Shown: positions 10,072-19,726, numbered from the stretch's first letter. The stretch: 64,000 nt of DNA from an uncultured Fimbriimonadaceae bacterium (GCA_964529975.1 CAZGXW010000001.1:33705-97704); one strand, 5' to 3'. The notes: generated by a model from the letters alone, not told the origin. Program-made: numbers and translations.

Positions 10072-11069
10072 GTGACCAGTTCCTGGAGCGTCTGAAGGGC
10101 CTTTCCGCTCTCGACGGCGTGTCGGGCCAGCATTCCGCCCTCATCCATCGATTCGGCCACGCCGGCCAAGTACAGGGCTGCAGCCGCGTTAGGCACGATT
10201 GCCATGGAGCGTGGCGAACGCGGGTTGCTGAGCGCCTCCAACAATTGCGCCGAACTAGATTCGATGTCGCGGCCAGCCGTCAATGACTCAAAGGGCACCG
10301 AATCGATGCCAAAGTCCCCCGGCGTGAACTCCCGCTTTACGACCCGCCCATCGACGAGTTCTCGAGCAAACGTCCGACCGCTGGGAGAGATCTCATCCAT
10401 GCCTTCCTCGCTATGGACAACCAAGGCTCTTTCCGCACCAAGAAGGTTCAAAGCGTCGGCCATGGGTTGAAGCATAGAAAGGTCGTAGACGCCGACCAAT
10501 TGGCGCGAAGCACCGGCCGGGTTGGACAAGGGGCCGAGTTGGTTGAACACGGTGCGAATGCCGAGCGCCTTGCGGGCTGGACCAACCGCCTTCATTGCGG
10601 GGTGGTGGTTCGGGGCGAACAAGAACACGATGCCTACGCTTTCAAGGGTCTTCGCGAGCAACTCCGGCTCAGAGCGCAGGCCGACACCAAGCGCCTCGAG
10701 CACGTCGGCGCTGCCACACCGGCTCGTCACCGCCCGGTTACCGTGCTTAGCGACCTTCGCGCCCGCGGCCGCGGCCAAGATTGCCGCGCCTGTGGAAAGG
10801 TTGAACGTCGTGGGTCCGCCGCCCGTACCGCACGTGTCGACGAGGTTCGGGAACGCAACTCCGAGACCAACAGAATGCTCTCGCATCGCAGAGGCGAAAC
10901 CCGCAAGTTCGTGAGCAGAGGCCCCCTTCGCGCGAAGTGCGATCAGCAACCCGCCGATCTGCGACTCCTCAAGCCCGCCTGCCATCAGGAGGTCCATCGT
11001 TTCCTTGGCCTGTTCGAACGTGAGGTCTTCCCTATCGAGCAGTAGCTCGAGCAGCGCAGGGAAGGTCAT
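10059..11069 (-). CDS. trpD: anthranilate phosphoribosyltransferase
   Basis: VDTCGTGGGPTTFNLSTGAAILAAAAGAKVAKHGNRAVTSRCGSADVLEALG signature. Confidence 0.93.
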   Translation of the reverse strand: MTFPALLELLLDREDLTFEQAKETMDLLMAGGLEESQIGGLLIALRAKGASAHELAGFASAMREHSVGLGVAFPNLVDTCGTGGGPTTFNLSTGAAILAAAAGAKVAKHGNRAVTSRCGSADVLEALGVGLRSEPELLAKTLESVGIVFLFAPNHHPAMKAVGPARKALGIRTVFNQLGPLSNPAGASRQLVGVYDLSMLQPMADALNLLGAERALVVHSEEGMDEISPSGRTFARELVDGRVVKREFTPGDFGIDSVPFESLTAGRDIESSSAQLLEALSNPRSPRSMAIVPNAAAALYLAGVAESMDEGGMLARHAVESGKALQTLQELVTWTS

Positions 11070-11114
11070 GGCGCGAGTCTACACCGGGCTCAAACCCAGG
11101 GGTAAGATGAGCCT

Positions 11115-11573
11115 ATGTCCGGCGAGTTCCTGCCGATCCTGATCTTGCTCGCGATCGCCGCACTTCTCTGCGCCGCAATGGTGACCCTCTCTTGGGTGCT
11201 GGGGCCAAAAAAGGTGACGCCGTACAAAGCCTCACCTTACGAGTGCGGAGTCGAGCCGATGGGCTCTGCTCAGGAGAGATTCCCGGTCAAGTTCTATCTT
11301 GTCGCGATCATCTTCGTCCTCTTCGACATCGAGGTGATCTTCCTGTGGAGCCTCATGTCGGTCTTTCGAGATGCCCCTCTCGACTTCAAGGTCTTCAGTG
11401 GCATCGCGCTCGGTGTCTATATGCTCCTTTGGATCATTGGGGACGCCTATGTGCTTCGCGTTGGTGCCATTGACTGGGACGAGTCCACGGCGATTGCCCC
11501 TGAAAAGATGCAGGACACGCCCTTGGCCGCGAAGTCGGTTCCATCGATCACAGAGGCAGGTGCCGCCCAGTGA
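11115..11573 (+). CDS. nuoA: NADH-quinone oxidoreductase subunit A, with a C-terminal extension
   Basis: YECGVEP...[24 protein letters not shown] core. At 152 aa it is about 25-30 aa longer than I recall for typical NuoA. Confidence 0.9.
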   Translation: MSGEFLPILILLAIAALLCAAMVTLSWVLGPKKVTPYKASPYECGVEPMGSAQERFPVKFYLVAIIFVLFDIEVIFLWSLMSVFRDAPLDFKVFSGIALGVYMLLWIIGDAYVLRVGAIDWDESTAIAPEKMQDTPLAAKSVPSITEAGAAQ

Positions 11574-12157
11574 GCGTGGCGACCGAGCGCGCCGACGTCG
11601 CGGCGCTCAAGGCAAGGTTCGGGGACTCGATACTCGGAGTCTTGGACAAGCGCGGAGACGTGTACGTCCTGGCCCAGCGTGACCGGCTTGCTGACCTTGC
11701 CACCTATCTGCGGGACGAACAAGCCTACGACTACTATGTCGAGTGTGTCGGGATCGACTATCTGACCTGGACGCACGAACGGGACTTTACGGAGCGGTTC
11801 GAGGTCGTCCACAACCTGTACTCGACAAGAACTGACAAGCGGCTCTTCCTCAAGGTCGGCGTCGATGACGGCCATACCGTTCCAACCCTCAAGCACGTCT
11901 GGCTTGGGGCCGAATACCCCGAGCGCGAGGTCTGGGATCTGTTCGGCGTCGTGTTCGCTGGAAACGAGCAGTCCGAGCGCTTTCTTCTCCCCGACGATTG
12001 GATCGGCCACCCCCTACGCAAGGACGTGGGCCTGGGAGGAGAAGACGTCGTCTTCGACCAAGGCACCCGCGGCCCGGCCGTAGAGGATGTACAAACTCCC
12101 CATGCGGGCGAGAGTTTCGAAGGAAAGACCGGCAGCGAAGACGTCTCTGGCCGCTGA
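11570..12157 (+). CDS. nuoC: NADH-quinone oxidoreductase subunit C
   Basis: FEVVHNLYS...[22 protein letters not shown]...[16 protein letters not shown]. 4-nt overlap with nuoA. Confidence 0.9.
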   Translation: MSVATERADVAALKARFGDSILGVLDKRGDVYVLAQRDRLADLATYLRDEQAYDYYVECVGIDYLTWTHERDFTERFEVVHNLYSTRTDKRLFLKVGVDDGHTVPTLKHVWLGAEYPEREVWDLFGVVFAGNEQSERFLLPDDWIGHPLRKDVGLGGEDVVFDQGTRGPAVEDVQTPHAGESFEGKTGSEDVSGR

Positions 12158-12386
12158 GAAGTCCGGACTTCTGCCTGTTCTTGACCCCCAATTAGGTTCG
12201 GCTGAACCTGCGCGGCCCCTTCAAACGCTCACTCCAGCAAAAAGTTCATTTTTTTTGTCCCATTCTCAAAAAATAGGGCTAATATGACCTTGAGGTTGTT
12301 CGGATGCTCGTACCCATGTGGCCCGTTGCGGGCTCGTGGCGGGCCTTTGGGCTCTAGCATCATGCGCCTCCTCTATGGAGAAAGCA

Positions 12387-13241
12387 ATGCGTAAAGCGTT
12401 CACACTTATCGAACTGCTCGTCGTCATCGCGATCATCGCGATCCTGGCGGCGATCCTGTTCCCAGTCTTCGCCCAGGCCAAGGTCGCGGCGAAGCGCGCT
12501 GCTTCGATCTCGAACTTGAAGCAGCACTCGCTCGGCATCGTCATGTACGCCGGCGACTTCGACGACTACTTCCCGCGACACCAGTATCGCAACATCGGCT
12601 CGGCGTTCCCGAACGATCGCGTGTTCTGGCCGCTCGCGGTCCAGCCCTACACCAAGAACTGGCCGTTGTTCCGCGATCCTAACCAGAACGTGGACTTCGC
12701 CGGCATCTGGGCGGGCGGCAACCCTGGCCTCAAGTGGTACTACAACTGGATGCGATGGCCCGACTACGGGTTCAACGCGACCTACCTCAACCGCGCAGCG
12801 ACCTGCGCCGGTTGGTGGGGTACCCACGGTGGCTATGGACCGCCGGTCTCCACGACCGCCCCGTCCAACCCCGCCGACACGGTCATGCTGACCACAGCCA
12901 AGATCGTCCACAGCAACTCCGCTGGTTCCGCGTACACCTCGCAGGCCACCGACGCGCCGAGCGCCGTCTGGACGCCTGACGCGTGCACATGGTCCAACGG
13001 CGGCTGGGGAACCGGCTCTTGGGGCGACTCGGTCGGAACCTGGACCTATCCCGGCAACCCGACCTACACCGGACCCAACGCCATCAACTACGGCAACGGC
13101 GGCAACGTGGCCTTCACGGACACCCACGTCAAGCACCTCAAGCCGGGCGGCATGGCTGCTGGCACCAACTGGCTGGTCCCCATCGCGAACACCGCGATCC
13201 AGACCACAGACCTCAGCATCTACGCCTGGGATCTCAACTAG
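12387..13241 (+). CDS. prepilin-type N-terminal cleavage/methylation domain protein (DUF1559/H-X9-DG-like), tandem copy 1
   Basis: [32 protein letters not shown] class III signal, C-terminal [12 protein letters not shown] motif. GGAG 7 nt upstream of the ATG at 12387. Confidence 0.85.
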   Translation: MRKAFTLIELLVVIAIIAILAAILFPVFAQAKVAAKRAASISNLKQHSLGIVMYAGDFDDYFPRHQYRNIGSAFPNDRVFWPLAVQPYTKNWPLFRDPNQNVDFAGIWAGGNPGLKWYYNWMRWPDYGFNATYLNRAATCAGWWGTHGGYGPPVSTTAPSNPADTVMLTTAKIVHSNSAGSAYTSQATDAPSAVWTPDACTWSNGGWGTGSWGDSVGTWTYPGNPTYTGPNAINYGNGGNVAFTDTHVKHLKPGGMAAGTNWLVPIANTAIQTTDLSIYAWDLN

Positions 13242-13249
13242 GATCGACC

Positions 13250-13275
13250 GAGGGCCGCGCTCCGGCGCGGCCCTC
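13250..13275 (+). terminator. GC-rich stem-loop 9 nt after the stop of pilin-like copy 1 (no U-tract)
   Basis: gagggccgcgc-tccg-gcgcggccctc, an 11-bp perfect stem. Confidence 0.4.
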
Positions 13276-13485
13276 CCAGACCCTTCCACCCCGTAAACCA
13301 CCCGGGGCGCCCTCCCCCGCGTTTTCCACATTAAATCTCGAAAAAAACCCCATTTCTCCCCTAGGCACAGTATCATGTGGCTTGAGGTTGGGCGGTTATT
13401 CGTGCCTTGAGGCTTGTGGCACTCTTGTTGCAAGCGTAGGGGTACCGAGAACCGGTCAATCCGCTCTACGGAGAAAAAACAAGCA

Positions 13486-14340
13486 ATGCGTAAAGCGTTC
13501 ACACTCATCGAACTGCTCGTCGTCATCGCGATCATCGCGATCCTGGCGGCGATCCTGTTCCCAGTCTTCGCCCAGGCCAAGGTCGCGGCGAAGCGCGCTG
13601 CTTCGATCTCGAACTTGAAGCAGCACTCGCTCGGCATCGTCATGTACGCCGGCGACTTCGACGACTACTTCCCGCGACACCAGTATCGCAACATCGGCTC
13701 GGCGTTCCCGAACGATCGCGTGTTCTGGCCGCTCGCGGTCCAGCCCTACACCAAGAACTGGCCGTTGTTCCGCGATCCTAACCAGAACGTGGACTTCGCC
13801 GGCATCTGGGCGGGCGGCAACCCTGGCCTCAAGTGGTACTACAACTGGATGCGATGGCCCGACTACGGGTTCAACGCGACCTACCTCAACCGCGCAGCGA
13901 CCTGCGCCGGTTGGTGGGGTACCCACGGTGGCTATGGACCGCCGGTCTCCACGACCGCCCCGTCCAACCCCGCCGACACGGTCATGCTGACCACAGCCAA
14001 GATCGTCCACAGCAACTCCGCTGGTTCCGCGTACACCTCGCAGGCCACCGACGCGCCGAGCGCCGTCTGGACGCCTGACGCGTGCACATGGTCCAACGGC
14101 GGCTGGGGAACCGGCTCTTGGGGCGACTCGGTCGGAACCTGGACCTATCCCGGCAACCCGACCTACACCGGACCCAACGCCATCAACTACGGCAACGGCG
14201 GCAACGTGGCCTTCACGGACACCCACGTCAAGCACCTCAAGCCGGGCGGCATGGCTGCTGGCACCAACTGGCTGGTCCCCATCGCGAACACCGCGATCCA
14301 GACCACAGACCTCAGCATCTACGCTTGGGACCTCAACTAA
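13486..14340 (+). CDS. prepilin-type N-terminal cleavage/methylation domain protein (DUF1559/H-X9-DG-like), tandem copy 2
   Basis: 284-aa product identical to copy 1. Start at ATG 13486. Confidence 0.85.
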   Translation: MRKAFTLIELLVVIAIIAILAAILFPVFAQAKVAAKRAASISNLKQHSLGIVMYAGDFDDYFPRHQYRNIGSAFPNDRVFWPLAVQPYTKNWPLFRDPNQNVDFAGIWAGGNPGLKWYYNWMRWPDYGFNATYLNRAATCAGWWGTHGGYGPPVSTTAPSNPADTVMLTTAKIVHSNSAGSAYTSQATDAPSAVWTPDACTWSNGGWGTGSWGDSVGTWTYPGNPTYTGPNAINYGNGGNVAFTDTHVKHLKPGGMAAGTNWLVPIANTAIQTTDLSIYAWDLN

Positions 14341-14341
14341 C

Positions 14342-14557
14342 ATGAAGAAGACCTTACTACTGCTCGTCGGTATCGCCCTCATCGCCTGCTTCTACGGATG
14401 CGGCAGCGAGGACGCGGCTCTAGAGACGGCGGCACCGAAGACCTCGGAAGGCGCGCAAGCGCCCGCCGGCGGTGGACAGCCGAAGTCAGTCGGAGATCGC
14501 GGTCCCGAAGGCTCTGACGGGCCGGAAGGCCCTGCGATGAAGCCTGAAGGCATGTAG
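14342..14557 (+). CDS. small lipoprotein (71 aa) with a Pro/Gly/Glu-rich mature part
   Basis: MKKTLLLLVGIALIAC lipobox. The ATG lies 1 nt after the TAA of pilin-like copy 2, which suggests translational coupling. Confidence 0.6.
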   Translation: MKKTLLLLVGIALIACFYGCGSEDAALETAAPKTSEGAQAPAGGGQPKSVGDRGPEGSDGPEGPAMKPEGM

Positions 14558-14579
14558 TCGGGGTCTTCCCAATGACGAT

Positions 14580-14616
14580 GGAAGCGGACGGAGAAATCCG
14601 TCCGCTTCCGCTTTAA
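14580..14616 (+). terminator. intrinsic terminator after the pilin-like/lipoprotein insert
   Basis: ggaagcggacgga-gaaa-tccgtccgcttcc, a 13-bp perfect stem with a GAAA loop, followed by gcttt. Confidence 0.6.
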
Positions 14617-14676
14617 CTCGGTCCGGTTTCACCCGTTCCATCGAACCTGCGTCTGGTACGATTCCAGCGTCTCAGC

Positions 14677-15894
14677 ATGAGCACCAAGACGTTCATCCCC
14701 AGCACCGAGACGGTGTTCCAGAAGACCGACCAGAACACCATGATCGTGAATATGGGGCCGCAGCACCCCAGCACCCACGGTGTCCTGCGGATCATCTGCG
14801 AACTCGAAGGCGAAACCATCGTGCAGGCCAAGTGCGTCATCGGCTACCTCCATACGGGAATGGAGAAGGAGGCCGAGTTCCAGCAGTACCACAAGTGCGT
14901 GGTGATGACCGACCGCATGGACTACCTCAATGCGAACGGCAACAACCTTGCCCACGCGCTCGCGGTCGAGAAACTCCTCGGTTGTGAGATCCCTAAGCGC
15001 GCCCAATACATCCGCGTCGTCCTCGCAGAACTCAGCAGGATCGCCAGCCACTGCGTCTGGCTCGGAACCCACGGCCTCGATCTCGGGGCGATGACGCCCT
15101 TCTTCTACATCATGCAGCAGCGCGAGTTGGTGCTCGACCTCTTTGAAATGATGTCGGGCGTTCGCATGATGCCGTCATGGATCGTTCCCGGTGGCCTGCG
15201 CGGCGACATGCCCGAGGGCTTTGAGACGCGCCTACGCGAGTTCCTCGACCAGTTCCTCGCCGAACTCACCGTCGTTGAAGACCTGCTCGTCGAGAACCCG
15301 ATCTGGAAGGAGCGCACTCAGGGTGTCGGCGCCCTTACTGGCACAGAAGCCCTCGCCCTCGGCTGCAGCGGCCCCATCGCCAGGGGAAGCGGGGTCCCCT
15401 TCGACCTCCGGAAAGCGCAACCGTACTGCTCGTACGAAGACTTCGACTTCCAAATCCCGATCGGCACCAAGGGCGACGTCTACGACCGCTTCCTCGTGCG
15501 CATCGCCGAGATGAAGGAGTCGCACAAGATCATCACCCAGGCGCTCGACGGCATGCCGGAGGGCGGGCATTGGACCAGCGACCGTAAAGTCGCCCCGCCC
15601 CCGCGAAAGGAACTCGACACGTCGATGGAGTCGCTCATCCACCACTTCAAACTCTATACAGAGGGCTACCGAGTGCCCGCCGGAGAGGCCTACGCGGGCA
15701 TCGAGGGTTCGAAGGGCGAACTCGGGTTCTACATCGTCAGCGACGGCACCGCGACGCCGTACCGCTGGCACGAAAGGCCGTCCTCGTTTATGAACCTCAA
15801 GTCTCTAGAAGTCCTCGCGGAGGGCCGGTTGATCGCCGACCTCATCGCGATCATCGGCTCGATCGACATCGTGCTCGGGGAGATCGACCGGTGA
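14677..15894 (+). CDS. nuoD: NADH-quinone oxidoreductase subunit D
   Basis: MIVNMGPQHPSTHGVLR...GYLHTGMEK...IGSIDIVLGEIDR. Confidence 0.95.
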   Translation: MSTKTFIPSTETVFQKTDQNTMIVNMGPQHPSTHGVLRIICELEGETIVQAKCVIGYLHTGMEKEAEFQQYHKCVVMTDRMDYLNANGNNLAHALAVEKLLGCEIPKRAQYIRVVLAELSRIASHCVWLGTHGLDLGAMTPFFYIMQQRELVLDLFEMMSGVRMMPSWIVPGGLRGDMPEGFETRLREFLDQFLAELTVVEDLLVENPIWKERTQGVGALTGTEALALGCSGPIARGSGVPFDLRKAQPYCSYEDFDFQIPIGTKGDVYDRFLVRIAEMKESHKIITQALDGMPEGGHWTSDRKVAPPPRKELDTSMESLIHHFKLYTEGYRVPAGEAYAGIEGSKGELGFYIVSDGTATPYRWHERPSSFMNLKSLEVLAEGRLIADLIAIIGSIDIVLGEIDR

Positions 15895-16508
15895 GCAGCC
15901 TCCTCAAACTCACCGACGGCAAGTCCCGGCCGCGTGCTCCAAGAGCCGACGAACTCGCACTAAAGTTCGGCCAAGAGGCAGTACGCGAACTCGAGGCGCT
16001 CAAGGGGCACTATCCCGACCTCAAGTCTTGCATCCTCCCGGGCCTCTGGATCGCGCAGCGCGAGTACGGCGGCTGGCTTCCGCCCGAGGCCATCGCCGAG
16101 GTCGCGCACAGGCTCCAACGCTCGTACGCCGAAGTCGAAGGCGTCGCGACGTTCTACTCCATGTACAACACCGACCACGCGGTCGGGCGGCACATGATCG
16201 AGGTCTGCACGTGCCTGAGTTGCCACATGTGCGGGGCGTACAAAATCGCCGGTTACCTGAAGGAAAGACTCGGGATCGGCTTCGGAGAGACCACTCCTGA
16301 CGGCGCGATCACATTGCACGAAGTGGAGTGCCTCGACGCGTGCGACCGCGCTCCGGTGCTGCAGGTCGGCGACCAGTACATCGGCCCCGTCGACGAGGCG
16401 AAGATCGATGCTCTGATCGACGACCTGCGGAGCCGTTCGGAGTCGAGTGTCGTGAAACTCGCGGACGAGATCGTCAAGGCGCAGATCCCGGCCAAGGAGC
16501 GTAACTGA
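15891..16508 (+). CDS. nuoE: NADH-quinone oxidoreductase subunit E
   Basis: 2Fe-2S ligands in VCTCLSCHMCG and ECLDACDRAP. 4-nt overlap with nuoD. Confidence 0.92.
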   Translation: MSSLLKLTDGKSRPRAPRADELALKFGQEAVRELEALKGHYPDLKSCILPGLWIAQREYGGWLPPEAIAEVAHRLQRSYAEVEGVATFYSMYNTDHAVGRHMIEVCTCLSCHMCGAYKIAGYLKERLGIGFGETTPDGAITLHEVECLDACDRAPVLQVGDQYIGPVDEAKIDALIDDLRSRSESSVVKLADEIVKAQIPAKERN

Positions 16509-16509
16509 A

Positions 16510-17847
16510 ATGGCCGAACTCAAACTCCTGCTCGAGCACGCTCACGACCCCGCCTATCGCACCCTCGCGGGCTATCGGTCCAAGGGGGGCTACAAGGCGC
16601 TCGCCAAGGCTCTGGACATGGATCGACAGGCGGTCATCGACCAGGTCAAAGCTAGCGGACTTCGCGGTCGCGGCGGCGCAGGATTCCCGACGTGGATCAA
16701 GTGGAACGGTCTTCCCAAGGAAAAGACCAAGCCCCACTACGTCCTGTGCAACGCCGACGAAGGAGAGCCCGGCACGTTCAAGGACAAGCAACTCATGGAG
16801 GAGACTCCGTTCCTGCTTGTCGAGGGCATGACGATCGCAGGGCATGCGACGCAGTCCAACGTCGGCTACATCTACATCCGCGGAGAGTTCGTGGACGCTG
16901 CCCGAGCGCTGCGAAGCGCCATCGACGAGGCCTATGCGAACGGACTGCTCGGCAAAAACATCCTGGGCAAAGGATTCGACTTCGACCTTTACATCCACCT
17001 GGGAGCCGGCTCGTACGAGTGCGGCGAAGAGTCCGCGCTGATGAGTAGCCTCATGGGCGAGCGCGGCATGCCCAGGCTCAAGTTCCCGCACGCTCCTCTC
17101 CCCACAATCGCCGGCCTGTGGGACAGGCCGACGCTGATCAACAACGTCGAGACTTTCACGTGCGTGCCGTTCATCGTCGACAAGGGCGGCGAATGGTACG
17201 CGACGCTGGGCGCCTCGACCAAGAACTCACGCGGGACCAAGGTGTTCTCCGTCAGCGGCCACGTCAACAGGCCAGGCAACTACGAGGTCGAGTTCGGCAC
17301 GCCGCTCCGAGACCTGCTCGCTCTTGCGGGCGGGATCAAAGAAGGACGTCTCAAAGCGTGCGTCCCGGGCGGTTCGTCGGTTCCCATCCTCGACCGAGAA
17401 TCGACCGAGCGGGCTGTGATCGGGTACGAGGAAATGTCCGAGGTCGGCTCGATGGTGGGGTCCGGCGGCTGTATGTTCCTCAACGACGAGACCTGCATCG
17501 TCTCGTTCATCTGGCGGACTGCCAAGTTCTACGCCGAGGAGTCCTGTGGCAAGTGCACTCCGTGTCGCGAGGGCACGCGGTGGATGGAGCAGATCCTGGA
17601 GCGCATCGTTCGCGGCAACGGTCAGCCGGGAGACAAGGAACTCCTGCTAGAAATCTGCTCACAGATCGACGGGCGCTCGTTCTGCGGCCTGGGCGACGCG
17701 GCCGCCTGGCCGGTGGCCGGAGCGATCAAGGTGTTCGGCGAGGAGTTCGACCACTTCATCGAGCACGGGCACAGTCTGGTCGCCTCGCGACTGATGGACG
17801 AGTACAACCCCGATTGGATCGCCCGCTCCTCCAAAGCCAAGGCTTGA
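16510..17847 (+). CDS. nuoF: NADH-quinone oxidoreductase subunit F
   Basis: GLRGRGGAGFPT, CNADEGEPGTFKD and ESCGKCTPCREG motifs. Confidence 0.95.
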   Translation: MAELKLLLEHAHDPAYRTLAGYRSKGGYKALAKALDMDRQAVIDQVKASGLRGRGGAGFPTWIKWNGLPKEKTKPHYVLCNADEGEPGTFKDKQLMEETPFLLVEGMTIAGHATQSNVGYIYIRGEFVDAARALRSAIDEAYANGLLGKNILGKGFDFDLYIHLGAGSYECGEESALMSSLMGERGMPRLKFPHAPLPTIAGLWDRPTLINNVETFTCVPFIVDKGGEWYATLGASTKNSRGTKVFSVSGHVNRPGNYEVEFGTPLRDLLALAGGIKEGRLKACVPGGSSVPILDRESTERAVIGYEEMSEVGSMVGSGGCMFLNDETCIVSFIWRTAKFYAEESCGKCTPCREGTRWMEQILERIVRGNGQPGDKELLLEICSQIDGRSFCGLGDAAAWPVAGAIKVFGEEFDHFIEHGHSLVASRLMDEYNPDWIARSSKAKA

Positions 17848-17890
17848 CCAGTCAATTTGACGGGTAATCCGGGTGCCATAATCGGGCTTC

Positions 17891-17966
17891 GCGGCCGTAG
17901 CTCAGTGGATAGAGCGCTTGCCTCCGGAGCAAGAGGTCGCGGGTTCGAATCCCGCCGGCCGCGCCA
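17891..17966 (+). tRNA. tRNA-Arg (anticodon CCG), CCA encoded
   Basis: Cloverleaf by hand: acceptor GCGGCCG/CGGCCGC, D arm GCUC..GAGC, anticodon stem CUUGC/GCAAG with loop CUCCGGA, T arm GCGGG-UUCGAAU-CCCGC, then G-CCA. Confidence 0.93.
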
Positions 17967-18039
17967 CCCTCGGATTTGAACCTAAAAAGTAGACTTACGT
18001 CTACCTCCCCGAGTTTTCCCCTGCATTATCAAATTCAGG

Positions 18040-18068
18040 TTGCCTTCTGGTTCAAGGTTTGATATACT
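18040..18068 (+). promoter_or_regulatory. sigma70-like promoter for the third pilin-like gene
   Basis: TTGCCT, 17-nt spacer, TATACT, with an extended -10 TG (tttGaTATACT). About 24 nt upstream of the ATG at 18092. Confidence 0.5.
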
Positions 18069-18091
18069 GGAAGCGTTTGGAGACATATATC

Positions 18092-18991
18092 ATGCGTAAG
18101 CGTGCATTTACACTTATCGAGTTGCTCGTCGTGATCGCTATCATTGCGATCCTGGCAGCGATTCTCTTCCCTGTGTTCGCACAAGCCAAGGTTGCTGCGA
18201 AGAAGGCTGCCTGCATCAGCAACATGAAGCAGTGGGGCCTCGCCAACCAGATGTACTGGGCGGACTACGACGACCAGATCGCACTCTGGGAGTACCACTT
18301 CGTGTACAACGTTCTGCCTCCGCAGAACAACCGAGACACCGGCAACATCCTCTATCCGTATGTCAAGAACATGCAGATGGTGGTCACGCCGAACAGCCCG
18401 ATCTCGTTCCGACCTCGCATGTACCCCGATCCGTCGCTCGGTTTTGGTAACCCGGCTTCGATGACGGGCCAGCAGAGGACCGACCAGGAGCTCTACAACG
18501 CAGGTTGGTTGAGCGACTACGGTCTGAACTACATGCCGCTGACGGGCGCGTTCGCCGGCTCCGGCGTTGCCTATCCGTACGGAGTGGGCTTCAACCCGCA
18601 GAAGGCGACCTCGGTCGCCAACCCCGGTGACACCATCCTCCTCGCGACCTCGGTTTGGGACCGCGATGCTTCGGGCGGCGTCATCCACGGTGGAAACATT
18701 GCGTTCGATCCTCCGTGCCGCTACTACACGGACGGTACCGACACCATGGCTCCTCGCCCCTACGGTGCGACGGGCGCCTACTGGTTCGGCGGTTGGAACC
18801 CCGGTTCCCCGCTCGCCTGGAACGTGTTCGGCGGCGTCTGGCCGTACTACGCCAACAAGGCTACGGTCGGCTATATGGACAGCCACGCCAAGTCGCTCAA
18901 CATTGGTGCGATCTCGGCCGGTTGTAACGTGCTGAACGGCTGGGGCGGTCAGGTCATCGACCCGAGCATCTACATCTGGGACCGCAACTAA
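18092..18991 (+). CDS. prepilin-type N-terminal cleavage/methylation domain protein (DUF1559/H-X9-DG-like)
   Basis: [34 protein letters not shown]-terminal [11 protein letters not shown]...[15 protein letters not shown] upstream of the ATG at 18092. Confidence 0.85.
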   Translation: MRKRAFTLIELLVVIAIIAILAAILFPVFAQAKVAAKKAACISNMKQWGLANQMYWADYDDQIALWEYHFVYNVLPPQNNRDTGNILYPYVKNMQMVVTPNSPISFRPRMYPDPSLGFGNPASMTGQQRTDQELYNAGWLSDYGLNYMPLTGAFAGSGVAYPYGVGFNPQKATSVANPGDTILLATSVWDRDASGGVIHGGNIAFDPPCRYYTDGTDTMAPRPYGATGAYWFGGWNPGSPLAWNVFGGVWPYYANKATVGYMDSHAKSLNIGAISAGCNVLNGWGGQVIDPSIYIWDRN

Positions 18992-19004
18992 GGCGGCCAC
19001 GACG

Positions 19005-19035
19005 TTTGGGGCCCGATCACAAGTCGGGCCCCAAA
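19005..19035 (+). other. stem-loop between the pilin-like gene and its lipoprotein gene
   Basis: tttggggcccga-tcacaag-tcgggccccaaa, a 12-bp perfect stem, 14 nt after the stop codon. Confidence 0.5.
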
Positions 19036-19061
19036 AATTTGCCGGACACAATCAAAGCAAC

Positions 19062-19253
19062 ATGAAACCGATTTCCGTCATCTTCCTCGCTATCCTCGCG
19101 CTCGCCCTCGTCGGCTGTTCGCAGACCGAGACGACCCAAGACCAGGTCGAAAAGGACGCCAAGGCGATCACGCTCGACCCCAACGCCACGCCGGACACGT
19201 CCGCTTCCGAAGGCATGATGCCCATGCCCGGCCCGAAGAAGGGCGGCGGCTAG
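19062..19253 (+). CDS. small lipoprotein (63 aa) with a Pro/Gly-rich tail
   Basis: MKPISVIFLAILALALVGC lipobox. Mature SQTETTQDQVEKDAKAITLDPNATP is shared with the 21197 paralog. Confidence 0.65.
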   Translation: MKPISVIFLAILALALVGCSQTETTQDQVEKDAKAITLDPNATPDTSASEGMMPMPGPKKGGG

Positions 19254-19272
19254 GCCCCCGACTCAACGTGAC

Positions 19273-19310
19273 GCGGCCCCAGGCTTTGAGCCTGGGGCCG
19301 CTTGCTTTTG
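19273..19310. terminator. bidirectional intrinsic terminator between convergent genes
   Basis: gcggccccaggc-tttga-gcctggggccgc, a 12-bp stem, followed by ttgcttttg. Confidence 0.7.
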
Positions 19311-19324
19311 GAAACCTGAACCGA

Positions 19325-19648
19325 CTACGGCCCCGCGTGGTCTGGACAGACGACGGACGTGCTTCCGTTGCCCAACGCGTACGTCGCATGGGTCGGGCAC
19401 TCGGGCTCGACCTTGATGTAGGCCGGAACCAGGTCGCTCATCGCAGGTGTCGACGAGGAAGTCTGGCCCGTGTCCATGATCCACATGTGCTTTGCCGCCT
19501 CTAGTTTCTGCTGGTTCGACCAGCATGACTTCTCTTGGGCGTTCTCGCGGGCGCTCACGAACTGTGGCACGGCGATGGCCAAGAGGATGCCGATGATCAG
19601 GACTACGATCATGATCTCGACCAGCGTGAAGGCCTTGTTCCTACGCAT
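19325..19648 (-). CDS. small type IV pilin/pseudopilin-like protein (107 aa)
   Basis: MRRNKA/FTLVEIMIVVLIIGILLAIAVPQF class III signal. C-terminal Cys pattern C..(45)..ECP..(15)..VCPDH. Start at the internal ATG 19648 with GGAG upstream. Confidence 0.8.
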   Translation of the reverse strand: MRRNKAFTLVEIMIVVLIIGILLAIAVPQFVSARENAQEKSCWSNQQKLEAAKHMWIMDTGQTSSSTPAMSDLVPAYIKVEPECPTHATYALGNGSTSVVCPDHAGP

Positions 19649-19726
19649 GAGGGACTCCAACGAGGTTTTTCCACGTTGGAGCCTGCCAATCGCGGCTCTG
19701 CGCCCTAGTAAGGAGACCGGTATTCG

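Larger units (their letters stand above)
12387..14340 (+). repeat. direct tandem duplication, period 1099 bp, with identity confined to the coding sequence
   Basis: From about 12415 to 13224, copy 1 matches 13514-14323. All three affected reading frames in the ORF track give identical translations. Only about 3 synonymous differences are visible, at the CDS edges (ctt/ctc near 12411; gcc tgg gat ctc / gct tgg gac ctc at the 3' end). Confidence 0.9.

Noticed and set aside
8684-11069. Incomplete trp cluster (trpD-C-F without trpE/G/B/A) as an anomaly
   Set aside because: Split trp operons are common across bacteria. The missing genes are most likely elsewhere in the genome, and nothing in the sequence suggests decay.
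11070-11114. Possible trp leader, attenuator or T-box upstream of trpD
   Set aside because: The divergent spacer between trpD and nuoA is only 45 bp. That is too short for a leader peptide and attenuator or a T-box. No Trp-codon-rich mini-ORF is present.
12360-14382. Very long minus-strand ORFs (427 aa and 308 aa) antisense to the tandem pilin-like genes
   Set aside because: They are Arg/Gly/Asp/Val-rich with no recognisable domains and exactly mirror the + strand genes. This is typical of shadow ORFs in GC-rich DNA. The + strand products have clear class III signal peptides and Shine-Dalgarno sites.
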